NCBI GenBank assembly: GCA_963734545.1
Contig: CAVTHO010000005.1
Span: 128,001 to 192,000 of the forward strand
Reading direction: 5' to 3'
Length of the DNA stretch: 64,000 nucleotides
From: an uncultured Spirochaetota bacterium
GTDB taxonomy: Bacteria; Spirochaetota; Spirochaetia; SZUA-6; Fen-1364
Positions 19,091-28,173 of the stretch are shown one piece after another. The stretch's first letter is position 1, and the number at the start of each line of letters is the position of its first letter. The position numbers were made by a program, and so were the translations under genes. The notes below the pieces were generated by a model. The model was not told the DNA's origin. It saw only the letters and a list, made by a program, of their open reading frames with translations, and ran no database searches.

Positions 19091-20367
19091 TGGCGCTCCG
19101 GAAGGTCCCGCGGCTGCAATCGAGATTCCTCATTCTGGTGCTCTTCGTCATTCCTTTGTTCGGCGCGCACGCGCAGTCGCCGGTGACCTTTTCATGGAAG
19201 GCGGACCTGGCGACGGCAAACACGCTGAGCGATTTGGGTGACGGGCCGGCCGTGGACATGCTGGATTCGGCCTCCCTGGGCTTTGAGCTGGATCATGGAC
19301 TCGGCCGCGGCATCATGAGCTATCGGCTGGGCGGCCAGATCCAGTATGCGCCCCAGAGGATAGCGGCAGGCGCGCCTGCGGTTTCCGCCCTCACGGGCTA
19401 TCCGCTGGAATCAGGGCTGAGCTACGAGCTTCCGCCGCTGAACCTCCTCGGGCTGTGGTTTCGTGCCGGGCTCGGGCGTCTGGACCTGGAGGAGCCCACG
19501 GGCCTGCTCCTCGACGACCCTGCCGCCGTGCACGAGAGCCAGCTTGTGGATGGTCTTCTCCTCGAGTTCCGGTATCACTGGTTCTACGGGTCCCTGGGCG
19601 CCGGATATCTCGGCCTGCTCGACAGGCGGCTGAACAGGGTCCGATTCACGCCGCAGGACTTCATCGAGCTGGACGACGCATCGCAGTACTTCGCTCCGCC
19701 CCGGGGCCTGGCGGTGCTTCGGCTCGAAGCTGAAGATCTGTTCGCCGGTCAGAGCTTCGGGCTGTTCGGCATCGGCCAGAAGGACTTTCGCGATACTGGG
19801 TCGAAGCTCGACAGCTGGTACGCGGGAACGGCGGTGCGCGGACCGATCGCCCTCGGTTTCCGCCATACCACGAGCATGGTCCTGGCGATAGTGGTGCCTT
19901 CTCCCGGCACGCCGGGTGCAGGGCTTCTCCTGTCCTCTCAGGTGGCCTACCGGCTGCCGGGGAATATTCTTCATGAAGCCTGGTTCTCCCTGCTCTGGGC
20001 GAGCAGCGACGGGGGAGGGCTTGCCGAATTCCCCGCGCTTGCCGGTCCCGCGGTGAGCACAGGCTTTCCCGTCCCTCTGAGCGACATTGTTCGCCTCGAG
20101 CTGGGCATCGACACCACCTTTGCAGTTCCTCCGGCCGTCACGCCGCTCGGCCTGGCGTTCACGAGCCAGCTTCTTCTCAAGCCGAGCGGGCAGGTGCCGC
20201 CGGGATTCTCGTTCAGGACGGCAGGCTCCTTTATGGGCACGGAGCTTGGGCTCACCGCCCGGTACGAGCCGATCCAGGGACTGCGCTTCGACGCGCGGGC
20301 CGGCACGCTCATCACCCTCTCCGGCCCGTTTGTCTCCGTGCGCCTGGAAGGCAGGGTGAGCCTATGA
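19087..20367 (+). CDS. Putative outer-membrane beta-barrel protein
   Basis: Signal peptide, alternating amphipathic strands, ends VRLEGRVSL; overlaps neighbours. Confidence 0.7.
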   Translation: MMALRKVPRLQSRFLILVLFVIPLFGAHAQSPVTFSWKADLATANTLSDLGDGPAVDMLDSASLGFELDHGLGRGIMSYRLGGQIQYAPQRIAAGAPAVSALTGYPLESGLSYELPPLNLLGLWFRAGLGRLDLEEPTGLLLDDPAAVHESQLVDGLLLEFRYHWFYGSLGAGYLGLLDRRLNRVRFTPQDFIELDDASQYFAPPRGLAVLRLEAEDLFAGQSFGLFGIGQKDFRDTGSKLDSWYAGTAVRGPIALGFRHTTSMVLAIVVPSPGTPGAGLLLSSQVAYRLPGNILHEAWFSLLWASSDGGGLAEFPALAGPAVSTGFPVPLSDIVRLELGIDTTFAVPPAVTPLGLAFTSQLLLKPSGQVPPGFSFRTAGSFMGTELGLTARYEPIQGLRFDARAGTLITLSGPFVSVRLEGRVSL

Positions 20368-20909
20368 GCACGTGTTTCAGGCTGCGGCATCCGGGCTGGA
20401 TGCTGGTCCTCGCGCTCCTGGCGGGCGCCACGTCCTTGGTGGAGGGCCAGGCCCTCGAGGTGCAGCAGTCGAGCGGATTCGTCGAAACGCTTCTTCCGGA
20501 CCTCGGTTGGCGCCAGGCGGTCCTCGGGCGGCAGCTGCCCCCCGACGCAGTAGTGACATCCTGGCTCGGTGCCAGCGCCCGGCTCACTTATGGCGGGAGC
20601 GTGGTCACCCTCGGGCCGCTCAGCCATCTTCGGATTCTGTCCGTGGGGAAAGACCTCGTGAGGCTGTCCCTGGAGGCAGGAACCGTCACGGTGGAGTCCT
20701 CTACGCCGGCGTGCGAGATAGAGTTCCGCGGGCTGATGGTGCGGATGGAACAGGGCAATGTCACCCTGACCGACGGCGTGCTCAGCGTGAAGGCGGGCAC
20801 CGCGTCGCTGCAGGGGGCCCAGGACAAGCCCCTCACGTTCGGCCCGGGAAGCACCTTCTCGCTTCTCACCCGGTCCACCGGTCCGGTTTTCAAAGGCGAC
20901 TACCGATAG
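20364..20909 (+). CDS. FecR-like beta-rich exported protein
   Basis: GFVE..WRQAVLGRQL..VVTS..ARLTYGGSVVTLGPLSHLRI..LSLEAGTV pattern typical of FecR domains. Confidence 0.65.
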   Translation: MSTCFRLRHPGWMLVLALLAGATSLVEGQALEVQQSSGFVETLLPDLGWRQAVLGRQLPPDAVVTSWLGASARLTYGGSVVTLGPLSHLRILSVGKDLVRLSLEAGTVTVESSTPACEIEFRGLMVRMEQGNVTLTDGVLSVKAGTASLQGAQDKPLTFGPGSTFSLLTRSTGPVFKGDYR

Positions 20910-20986
20910 TCATCCGGCTGCCGCGCCCGTGTGTCGGGCTGGAGCGGCGCGTTTTTCGCGCGCCGAATCCGCGAAGCCGATAAAGG

Positions 20987-21014
20987 TTGACAAATCCCTG
21001 CCATGGTATAAAAA
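20987..21014 (+). promoter_or_regulatory. Promoter of the radical SAM operon
   Basis: TTGACA (20987-20992) and TGGTATAAAAA (21004-21014); spacer is short (14 nt to TATAAA, 16 nt to TAAAAA). Confidence 0.5.
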
Positions 21015-21022
21015 GGGATCTG

Positions 21023-21694
21023 ATGCCCGTCAAAAATCCGTTCCTCCTCTACCTGCGCTCACGGCTGAACTCCGTCCTCTCCATCTCGGCCGCGTCCCTG
21101 GTGCTGCTGTCACTTCTCTTCCTGAGGCCCCATGCGCTGGTTCCCATTTCCGTGATCCTTCTGGCGTACGTCGCTCTCACCTTCGCTCTCTTCTTTTCCC
21201 GCAGAGGGGCCCGGGAGGTTGTTGCCGAGAGTGAAGAGGACAGGCTGAAGAAGATCCGGCAGAAGATAGACGCTCTTGCAGAAACCCGGGAGCGTGTTGC
21301 GGTCCTCAGGATCGGAGACCACCGCATGGCCAAAGCGATCGAGTACTTCCTCCAGGAGTCGGGCTCCTACCTGGAGAAGTGCCGGGAGCTCTCCCGCTAC
21401 TCGCCTCTTGCCAACGAGCGCATCGAGCGTGTCCTGGAAATCTGCCAGGTTTTTCTGGGCGAGCGTGACGAGGCCGCCACTGCCAGGAGATACGACGTGT
21501 CCGCCGAGAGCGGTCTTCCCGCGCGCGACATGCCCGCTGAACCAGGCGGGGCGGCAGCGGACCCAGGGGAACAGCTCGCCAGGGACATCACGGACTGCGC
21601 CGGGGTCATCAGGGAACGTATGACCGAGGACCTGCTCGGCCTGAGCGGAGAAGCCCGCCTCGCAATCATGAAAGAACTGGAAAACAACAAATGA
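21023..21694 (+). CDS. Hypothetical membrane protein (2 N-terminal TM plus helical soluble domain)
   Basis: AAGGGA RBS; two hydrophobic segments; ATGA overlap with next gene. Confidence 0.8.
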   Translation: MPVKNPFLLYLRSRLNSVLSISAASLVLLSLLFLRPHALVPISVILLAYVALTFALFFSRRGAREVVAESEEDRLKKIRQKIDALAETRERVAVLRIGDHRMAKAIEYFLQESGSYLEKCRELSRYSPLANERIERVLEICQVFLGERDEAATARRYDVSAESGLPARDMPAEPGGAAADPGEQLARDITDCAGVIRERMTEDLLGLSGEARLAIMKELENNK

Positions 21695-23343
21695 AAAGAA
21701 GAGCTCTGATCGGCGTTCTCATTTTCTGCGCGGCCTCCTGGGCGGCATCCGGTCTCAGCGTCGTGCTGGAGAGCGTGGAGACGGACGTGGTGGTCCGGCC
21801 GGACGGCAAGGCTGATTTCTTTGAAAGCCTGGCATGGCAGGCCACGGGCGGGCAGATGCACGGTTTCTATTTTGAGGGCGCTGCCGTGCGGCCCGTGTTC
21901 AACCTCGACCAGTGCTATGCCGACCTTGCCGGCAATGTGCGCGTCGGCCTGGCTATCCGGGACCTGGGCGGCGGCAGGTACGACGTGGTTCTGGCAGGCG
22001 GCCGCGGGTTCACGGGCGCCGCAATGTACTTTCTCGCCTATGGCGGGGACCTGGCCGGACCGAAGCTCATCGGCCTGACCAAATCCGCCGACTTCGGGGA
22101 GCTTTTCTATTTCGACTGGGCGCCCGAGCAGTGGGACCAGCCCCTGGATCACCGCACGATCAGGATCGAGCTCCCCATTCCCGTGAGCGGTCAGACAGTC
22201 GGGCAGGACGTGCTCACGCAGGCAGGATTCCGGACCGAGCCGTACGTGAATCAGCAGAACAGCATTGACGCTTTCGGCTCGAAAGGCGCGGACGGCAGGT
22301 ACTACCTCACCCTGAGGTTCAATCAGCAGAACGTGCGCGCGAAGCAGGCGCAGAGACTCCAGTTTTACCTCAAGCGGTCCGCCGTACCCATGCAGGAGGG
22401 GGTTCTCACGGAAAGCACCACGTCGGGAGGCACCGTCTCGACGACCGGAACGCAGCCTCTGGCGGAACCGACCACGACCGAACCCGTCCCCGCGGCCCCG
22501 CGGATGCAGGCCGGCCCTGTCGCAACGGCCGTGACGCTCGGCGTGCTCCTTGCCCTGGTCATCCTCCTGTACTGGCTCAAGGCCAGGGGATACGGCCGCA
22601 CACTGGAAAAAGTGGAAGGCATCCGCTGGGCCGGGGACAACTGGATCCCGCCCAGGCTCTTCGCGGGCACCTATCAGGTCAAGGGCAAGATCGCCGAAGA
22701 CCTGCACCCGGTGGAGGTCGCGCTCCTTCTGGAAATGCCGCTGCAGAAAGTGGTGGCCATCATGCTGGAAGGTCTCAAGCGCCAGGGCATCATCGAAGTG
22801 GTGAAGGAGGATCCGCTCGAGATAAGGATTCTCACCGCAGCGAAAGGCGGAAAGCGAGTACGAGGAGCTGTTCCTCCAGTCATTCGACACGCGGGGTCTG
22901 GTGCTCTCGGGCGTTCTTGCCGATTTCTTCGAAAAGGTGCTCGCAAAGCTCCAGGAGAAGATCTGGGACTGCGACAGCGACGCCACCAGGGAATACTACA
23001 GAAAGAAGCTCGAACAGAGGGTGGAGACCGAGCAGGACCGGGTCCAACCCTACTACTGGTACTGGTCGTCGTACCGATGGATCTACTGGAACACGGCGGT
23101 CTACTCGCAGGTGCACCTGCCGCCGGATTTCTCCGCGGGCTACCAGGCACTTCATGGCCTCCGCGTCCTGCTTCAAGGGATGCTTTCGCCCCGGCGCAGG
23201 CCACGACGGGCGGCGTCAACGCCTGCTACTCCGCGTGCCACAACGCCTGCCATTCGGCATGTCACCAGGCCTGCCACTCGGCATGCCATTCCGCCTGCCA
23301 CTCGGCATGCCACTCGGCGTGCGTGTCGGGGGGCGCGCATTGA
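21691..23343 (+). CDS. Signal peptide + DUF2207-like extracytoplasmic domain + TM + cytoplasmic domain ending in a 9x Ala-Cys-His-Xaa tail; putative radical SAM substrate
   Basis: VVVRPDGKADFFE N-terminus; TM about 22520-22580; LHPVEVALLL. Three +1 slips (near 22845, 23148, 23187) return to frame, so the real middle reads ..EYEELFLQSF..KIWDCDSDATREYY..PYYWYWSSYRWIYW..FMASASCFKGCF.. Confidence 0.8.
   Translation: MKRRALIGVLIFCAASWAASGLSVVLESVETDVVVRPDGKADFFESLAWQATGGQMHGFYFEGAAVRPVFNLDQCYADLAGNVRVGLAIRDLGGGRYDVVLAGGRGFTGAAMYFLAYGGDLAGPKLIGLTKSADFGELFYFDWAPEQWDQPLDHRTIRIELPIPVSGQTVGQDVLTQAGFRTEPYVNQQNSIDAFGSKGADGRYYLTLRFNQQNVRAKQAQRLQFYLKRSAVPMQEGVLTESTTSGGTVSTTGTQPLAEPTTTEPVPAAPRMQAGPVATAVTLGVLLALVILLYWLKARGYGRTLEKVEGIRWAGDNWIPPRLFAGTYQVKGKIAEDLHPVEVALLLEMPLQKVVAIMLEGLKRQGIIEVVKEDPLEIRILTAAKGGKRVRGAVPPVIRHAGSGALGRSCRFLRKGARKAPGEDLGLRQRRHQGILQKEARTEGGDRAGPGPTLLLVLVVVPMDLLEHGGLLAGAPAAGFLRGLPGTSWPPRPASRDAFAPAQATTGGVNACYSACHNACHSACHQACHSACHSACHSACHSACVSGGAH
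23221..23328 (+). repeat. Nine 12-bp coding repeats (A-C-H/Y/V-S/N/Q)
   Basis: GCN TGY CAY TCN units with varied synonymous codons. Confidence 0.95.
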
Positions 23344-24833
23344 AAAGATCGGCAGGGCAGATACGGTCGCCGGGCCCGGGCATCGTCTCCGACATTCCGC
23401 GGTCCGCTCGCTGGGATGGATCGACGAGTTTTTCCGGGAAGCCAGGGACCATATCTTTGCCCGCGAGGAGGACGGGGTCGTCATCCTGCCTCCCAACCAG
23501 GTGTACAAGGCAAACTCCACCGGCATCGCCATTGTCACGCACATGTGCGCCGGGGGGAAGGCGGCTTCGATCCCGGGGATCGCGCAGGAAGACCGCGCGC
23601 GGCAGGTCGCGGCCTTCGTTTCCGACATTCGCGCGCTCTACCTCGGCCAGCCCGCCGAAGGCGGCCGCGCGCCGTATGAAGATGTGCCCTACACTTTCCA
23701 GTACACGAGACTGCCGATCCTCGGCGAGATCGCCGTGACCTATCGATGCAACAATGCCTGTGTCTTCTGCTACGCGGGCTGCGGGACGCAGGACACCGGG
23801 CTGCGGGACGCAGGACCCGGGCTGCGGGACCCCGAATACCGTCCACGGCGTCGGGTGCGCGGGCACGGTTCGAGCGGTGACCGGTGGCGACGCGCGGGAA
23901 ATGAGCCTTGCGGAGATCGAGAAGGTCATCCACGTATTCAAGGACGATGCGAAGATCCCCTTCTTCTCATTCACGGGCGGGGAGCCGCTCCTGCGCGAGG
24001 ACCTCGAGGACATGATCCGGCTTGCACGACGCGCGGGGCTGCAGGTGAATCTCATTACCAACGGCACGCGGGCGGACCGCCGCAGGGCGCGCAGCCTTTT
24101 CAAGGCAGGGCTTCGCACGGCGCAGGTGAGCGTGGAAAGCCTCGACCCGGAAACCCACGACCTTCTCACGGCGAGGCCGGGGTCCTTTCCGAAGACGCTG
24201 GAGGGCATTCGCTGTCTGCAGGCGGCGGGCATCTCGGTGCAGACGAACACCACAATGACCGCGGTCAATTCGCCCGACGCCCCGCGCATGCCGGCATTCC
24301 TGAAAAGCCTGGGAGTGACCAGGTTTGCCATGAATCTCTATCTGCCGGTGTGCGCGCCGCGCACCGGGTGCGGGGACCCCGGCCATCCCCGGGTCGATGC
24401 GCTGTTCATTCCGTACACGCGCGCCGGGGCCATCATCGAGAGCGTGCGCATGGCCGCGCGGGCACAGAAGATGACGTTCTACTGGTACTCCCCCATCCCG
24501 CACTGCCACTACAACACGATTGCCCGCGGCCTTGGAAACAAGTCCTGCGCCGCAATGGACGGCCTCCTGTCCGTGTCCCCGACCGGAGACGTTCTTCCCT
24601 GCTCGTCCTTCCCTGAGCCGATGGGCAACCTGCTCTCGCAGGGCTTTCGCGAGATCTGGTTCTCTCCCCGGGCAGGATACTTCAAGAACAAGCGCTACGC
24701 GCCCGCCGAATGCGAAGGGTGCCCGAGCTTCACGGCCTGTCAGGCGGCCTGCCCCCTGTACTGGCGCTACGCGGGGACATCGGAGATTCGCAATCGGGTG
24801 CCGATTGTCCAGGAGAATGTCGCATGGAAATGA
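23340..24833 (+). CDS. Radical SAM/SPASM enzyme with PqqD/RRE-like N-terminal domain; frameshifts near 23415 and 23795
   Basis: CNNACVFC at 23747-23770, FSFTGGEPLLR, LITNGT, QVSVES; SPASM PHC..KSC..GDVLPC..MGNL..CEGCPSFTACQAAC; probable TTG start overlapping the upstream TGA. Confidence 0.9.
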
Positions 24834-25723
24834 AATTCAGCGTCACCCGGCTCGCGTTCCCCGCGCGCATGGTCGTGTTTGCAGGATTCGCGGCGGGCGG
24901 GCTTGCCCTGCAGGTCCTGTTTCCCGGCGGGTTCGGCTTTCTCCCCGGTGTGCTGCTCATGGTGCCCGGGCTGGTCTTCATGGGCGCCAGGAATTTCAGG
25001 AACAAGCCGATGGATGTCGGCCAGGAAGATTGGCAGCCCGCTTCCGTGCGCGAGTTCGACCGGATCAAGAGCAACCTGCAGCTCACTCGGGAGAAGCGCT
25101 ACTCGGTGATCTACCGCACCGGGTTCGGGTGGTTCATCGCCGTGGTGCTCGCCGCGGCCGCGCTCGTCTTGGGGACGAGCGGCTTCCGTCTCGGCACCCT
25201 GGTGTGCGTGGATGCCCTGGTCCTCCTCATCCCCTTCCTGTTCACCGGCAACGTCTCGCTGTGGACCCCGCAGGAGCTCGCATTCCGCATGCGCGTATTC
25301 GAGCCCATCCTTTCAGCGGAACCCGCGGAGGGCGGCGAGATCATCATCACTCCTTACCTGAAGCTGGACAAGAACAGCACGGGACAGCAGATCCCTGAAG
25401 ACATTCGTCTGATGGTGGAGCCGCGCCGGAAGCCCGCCGACTTCCTCGGTGTGCAGCTCCAGGTTGCAGTGAACAAGGGCCCGAACGGCAATGTGCCCTA
25501 CATGTACGCCGTCTTCCTCTGCAAGGGAAAGGGCACGACCTACCAGGCGCTCGCCGCCGCGCGCTTCGGCGACTATGTGCACGAGCCGGGAGGAGACAAG
25601 GAGTACGGGTACATCGTCGTGCGTCAGGAGACCTCGGGCACCGGCTATGCCACCACGGACGCGGACGTGCGCGACCTGTACGACCTGGTGAAGAGGACGC
25701 TCCTCTCCCTGCCAAAGGCCTGA
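24824..25723 (+). CDS. Hypothetical membrane protein (about 4 TM plus soluble C-terminal domain)
   Basis: AGGAG RBS; start overlaps the end of the radical SAM gene; two pairs of hydrophobic helices. Confidence 0.8.
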   Translation: MEMKFSVTRLAFPARMVVFAGFAAGGLALQVLFPGGFGFLPGVLLMVPGLVFMGARNFRNKPMDVGQEDWQPASVREFDRIKSNLQLTREKRYSVIYRTGFGWFIAVVLAAAALVLGTSGFRLGTLVCVDALVLLIPFLFTGNVSLWTPQELAFRMRVFEPILSAEPAEGGEIIITPYLKLDKNSTGQQIPEDIRLMVEPRRKPADFLGVQLQVAVNKGPNGNVPYMYAVFLCKGKGTTYQALAAARFGDYVHEPGGDKEYGYIVVRQETSGTGYATTDADVRDLYDLVKRTLLSLPKA

Positions 25724-25736
25724 GGGCACAGACCTC

Positions 25737-26549
25737 TCACAGCCCGATAAGAGCTGCAGCCACGTAAGGGGCAATCCCCAGAATCGCCGCAAAGGCCTTG
25801 CGGCTGGGCTGGCTGGCCCGCGAATCCCACTCGAACAGGAGAGCGGCCAGCGCGAAGCTGAGCAGGGCGCCTGCGGCCAGAACGCAGATCGAGAGCACGG
25901 GAATCGGCTGGGCGGCGCCTCCCGTTCCGAGCGCGGCAAACACCTTCATGCCATGGGTGGCGGGCAGAAGGAGCGAGATCCGCTGCAGACCCGAGGGCAG
26001 CAGGGAGGACGGCACCATGAGGCCGCCGAGAATGATCGAGGGAATGTAGACGAACTGACCGACCAGAATCGACACGGTCGTGTTCCCGGCGGCCACGCCG
26101 ACAAGCACACCGATGCCCGCATATGCCGCGTAGGAAAGGACCGCCGCCGCAATGAAGCCGGGGAGGGACGTCGGGAGGACCCCGCCAAAGAAGCGCGCGC
26201 CGGCAAGCGTGATGATGAGGGTGATCACTGCCATGTGGACCGCCGTTCCCATCACGGGGATGGCGAGAATCGACGCGGACGGCACTCCGTTGATCCGGTA
26301 GCTCCTGAACACGCCTGCCTCCCGCGCGGTCACCAGCAGGCTGGGCAGGCTCAGGAGCGCCGCGCACATGAAGGCAAAGAGCACCATGGCGGGTATCATC
26401 GTCTGCGTGAAGCCGGGGTTGACGGATGCCATCAACCCGCCGACCAGGACGAAGAACACCAGCGGGAAAAGGTAGAACATCAGCAGCTTGGACCTGTCCC
26501 TGACGCCGGTCTTGAAATCGTACGCGAAGTGATGGAGGAATGCCTTCAT
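25737..26549 (-). CDS. ABC-2 type exporter permease
   Basis: About 6-7 TM; AREAGVFRSYRINGV, PSIILGGLMVP..LLPATH. Confidence 0.9.
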   Translation of the reverse strand: MKAFLHHFAYDFKTGVRDRSKLLMFYLFPLVFFVLVGGLMASVNPGFTQTMIPAMVLFAFMCAALLSLPSLLVTAREAGVFRSYRINGVPSASILAIPVMGTAVHMAVITLIITLAGARFFGGVLPTSLPGFIAAAVLSYAAYAGIGVLVGVAAGNTTVSILVGQFVYIPSIILGGLMVPSSLLPSGLQRISLLLPATHGMKVFAALGTGGAAQPIPVLSICVLAAGALLSFALAALLFEWDSRASQPSRKAFAAILGIAPYVAAALIGL

Positions 26550-27475
26550 CGCGCTGCTCCTTTCGTGCCCTGTGCCGAGGTGAGCTCGAGGAACCGTTCT
26601 TCCAGGTCGGTCGTTCCACGCGCAGGTCGACCAGGGGGTCGCCCGCCTGTTCGAGCCATGCAATGATTGCGCTCACCGCCTTTCCCGGCTTCTCGGAAGC
26701 GTACAGCGTGTATTCGTCGGTCTGACCCTTGTAGACGGCATCAGGAAAGTCGACGCGCCCCGACTGGAGACTGCGGCCCTCGGTGGAAACCGAAATACGG
26801 GTCATGCGGTTCCCCGCCGCCGTGAGCTGCCGGGGGCTGCCCATGGCCGCGATGTCACCCCGCAGCAGGATGGCGGCGCGGTCGGCGAGCTTTTCGGCCT
26901 CCGCCATGTCGTGCGTGGCGAGGATCACCGTGGTGCCCCTGGGCGCGAAGCTCGCCGATGAGGACGTGCAGGTCCGCGCGGGACTGCACGTCCAGGCCCG
27001 CCGTGGGCTCATCGAGAAAGAGCACCGCGGGATCGTGGGCAATCGCGATGGCCAGGGCGAGCCGTCGCTGCTGCCCGACGGAAAGCTTCACGTATTGGGC
27101 GCGCCGCTTTTCCGAGAGACCGAGCCTCTCGACCAGGTCCTGCCTGACGGGCACGCCGTGATAGCTCGAAAAGAAGCTCATCGCTTCGTCGACGGTCATC
27201 GCCGCGGGGAGCGCGGAGGTCTGCAGCTGCACGCCGATGATGTTGCGGAGCTTGCGCGGCTGCCTGTGCGGATCGATCCCCGCGATCGAGAGGCTGCCGC
27301 CGTCCGGGTGGCGCAGGCCTTCCAGGCTTTCCAGCGTGCTGGTCTTGCCGGATCCGTTCGGACCCAGAAGGGCGAATATCTCCCCCTTGTTCACCTCGAA
27401 GCTGATCCCCTTGACCGCGATCGTGTCCGCGTAGCGCTTGACGAATCCCCGGACCGTCACCATTGCGTCACGCAC
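26546..27475 (-). CDS. ABC exporter ATP-binding subunit; frameshifts near 26940 and 26605
   Basis: GPNGSGKT, LSVGQQRR, FLDEPTAGLD; TTVILATHDMAEAE and RPT(L)EERFL continue in other frames. Confidence 0.9.
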
Positions 27476-28058
27476 TTCTCTCTCCCTTCTTCTTTCTTTC
27501 CTTCCGGAAAAAGGCCCCCCCGGCCTCGCTGAGCAGGCTTCGTATCCTCTCGTCCGGAAGATCCAGCACGCCGCTCGAGATCATCGAGGCAAGACCGTGC
27601 GTGAAGATCCAGCTTTTCAGTATGCGGGCATCCTGCATCGACACGGGGACCTGATCGGAAACGGGGACCACGGTCCTCCCGGACCTCACTTTCCCCAGCG
27701 GATATGCCGCGCGGCGGCGCCGGACCCTGCGCGCGTCCGGCCGCGGTCTCTCCACGTACAGAAAGCGGAAAAGATTCGGCTCGCCCCGGGCAAAGCTCAC
27801 GTAGCCCACCGCGATATCCAGGGGCTGTTCATTCGCATAGACGCGCCCCTGGAACTCGCGCATGAGCGCCTCCGCCCTCTTTCTCACCGCCGCCTCGATC
27901 TCCCGCATGGACGTGAGGCGGGAATAGATGGGCATTGTGGATGATCCCAGCCTCCCTGCGATGCGCCGGGCCGTCACGCTGTTCCAGCCCTCTTCCCGTG
28001 TGAGCGCGAACGCCGCCTCGACGATCATCTCCTGCGTGAAGGAAACCCTCTGCGTCAT
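27468..28058 (-). CDS. TetR/AcrR family regulator (WHG-like C-terminus)
   Basis: IVEAAF..GWNSVTARRIAGRLGSSTMPIYS HTH; WIFTHGLASM. Confidence 0.92.
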   Translation of the reverse strand: MTQRVSFTQEMIVEAAFALTREEGWNSVTARRIAGRLGSSTMPIYSRLTSMREIEAAVRKRAEALMREFQGRVYANEQPLDIAVGYVSFARGEPNLFRFLYVERPRPDARRVRRRRAAYPLGKVRSGRTVVPVSDQVPVSMQDARILKSWIFTHGLASMISSGVLDLPDERIRSLLSEAGGAFFRKERKKKGERSA

Positions 28059-28073
28059 GCATCCCTTCCCTTG

Positions 28074-28123
28074 TAACAACTGTTATTAAAACTAATGTTA
28101 TCATAACAAAGGTTATATGTCAA
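28074..28123 (-). promoter_or_regulatory. Sigma70 promoter with three TAAC-N4-GTTA operators
   Basis: Minus strand TTGACA (28123-28118), 17 nt, TAACAT (28100-28095) with extended TG; palindromes start at 28074, 28089, 28104. Confidence 0.8.
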
Positions 28124-28173
28124 GTGAAAAAAACAGGCTGCGGAGGACGGGGCCGCGGCCAGTGTCCCGCTGC

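Noticed and set aside
23221-23328. CRISPR array, DNA minisatellite or multihaem cytochrome c
   Set aside because: 12-bp units have no spacers and vary at synonymous positions; Cys spacing is CX3CH rather than CXXCH and the tail is predicted cytoplasmic
22901-24616. 571-aa ORF joining the tail protein to the radical SAM motif
   Set aside because: Chimeric frame produced by indels; it reads the Cys repeat out of frame (PATRHA) and loses the GGEP and SPASM motifs
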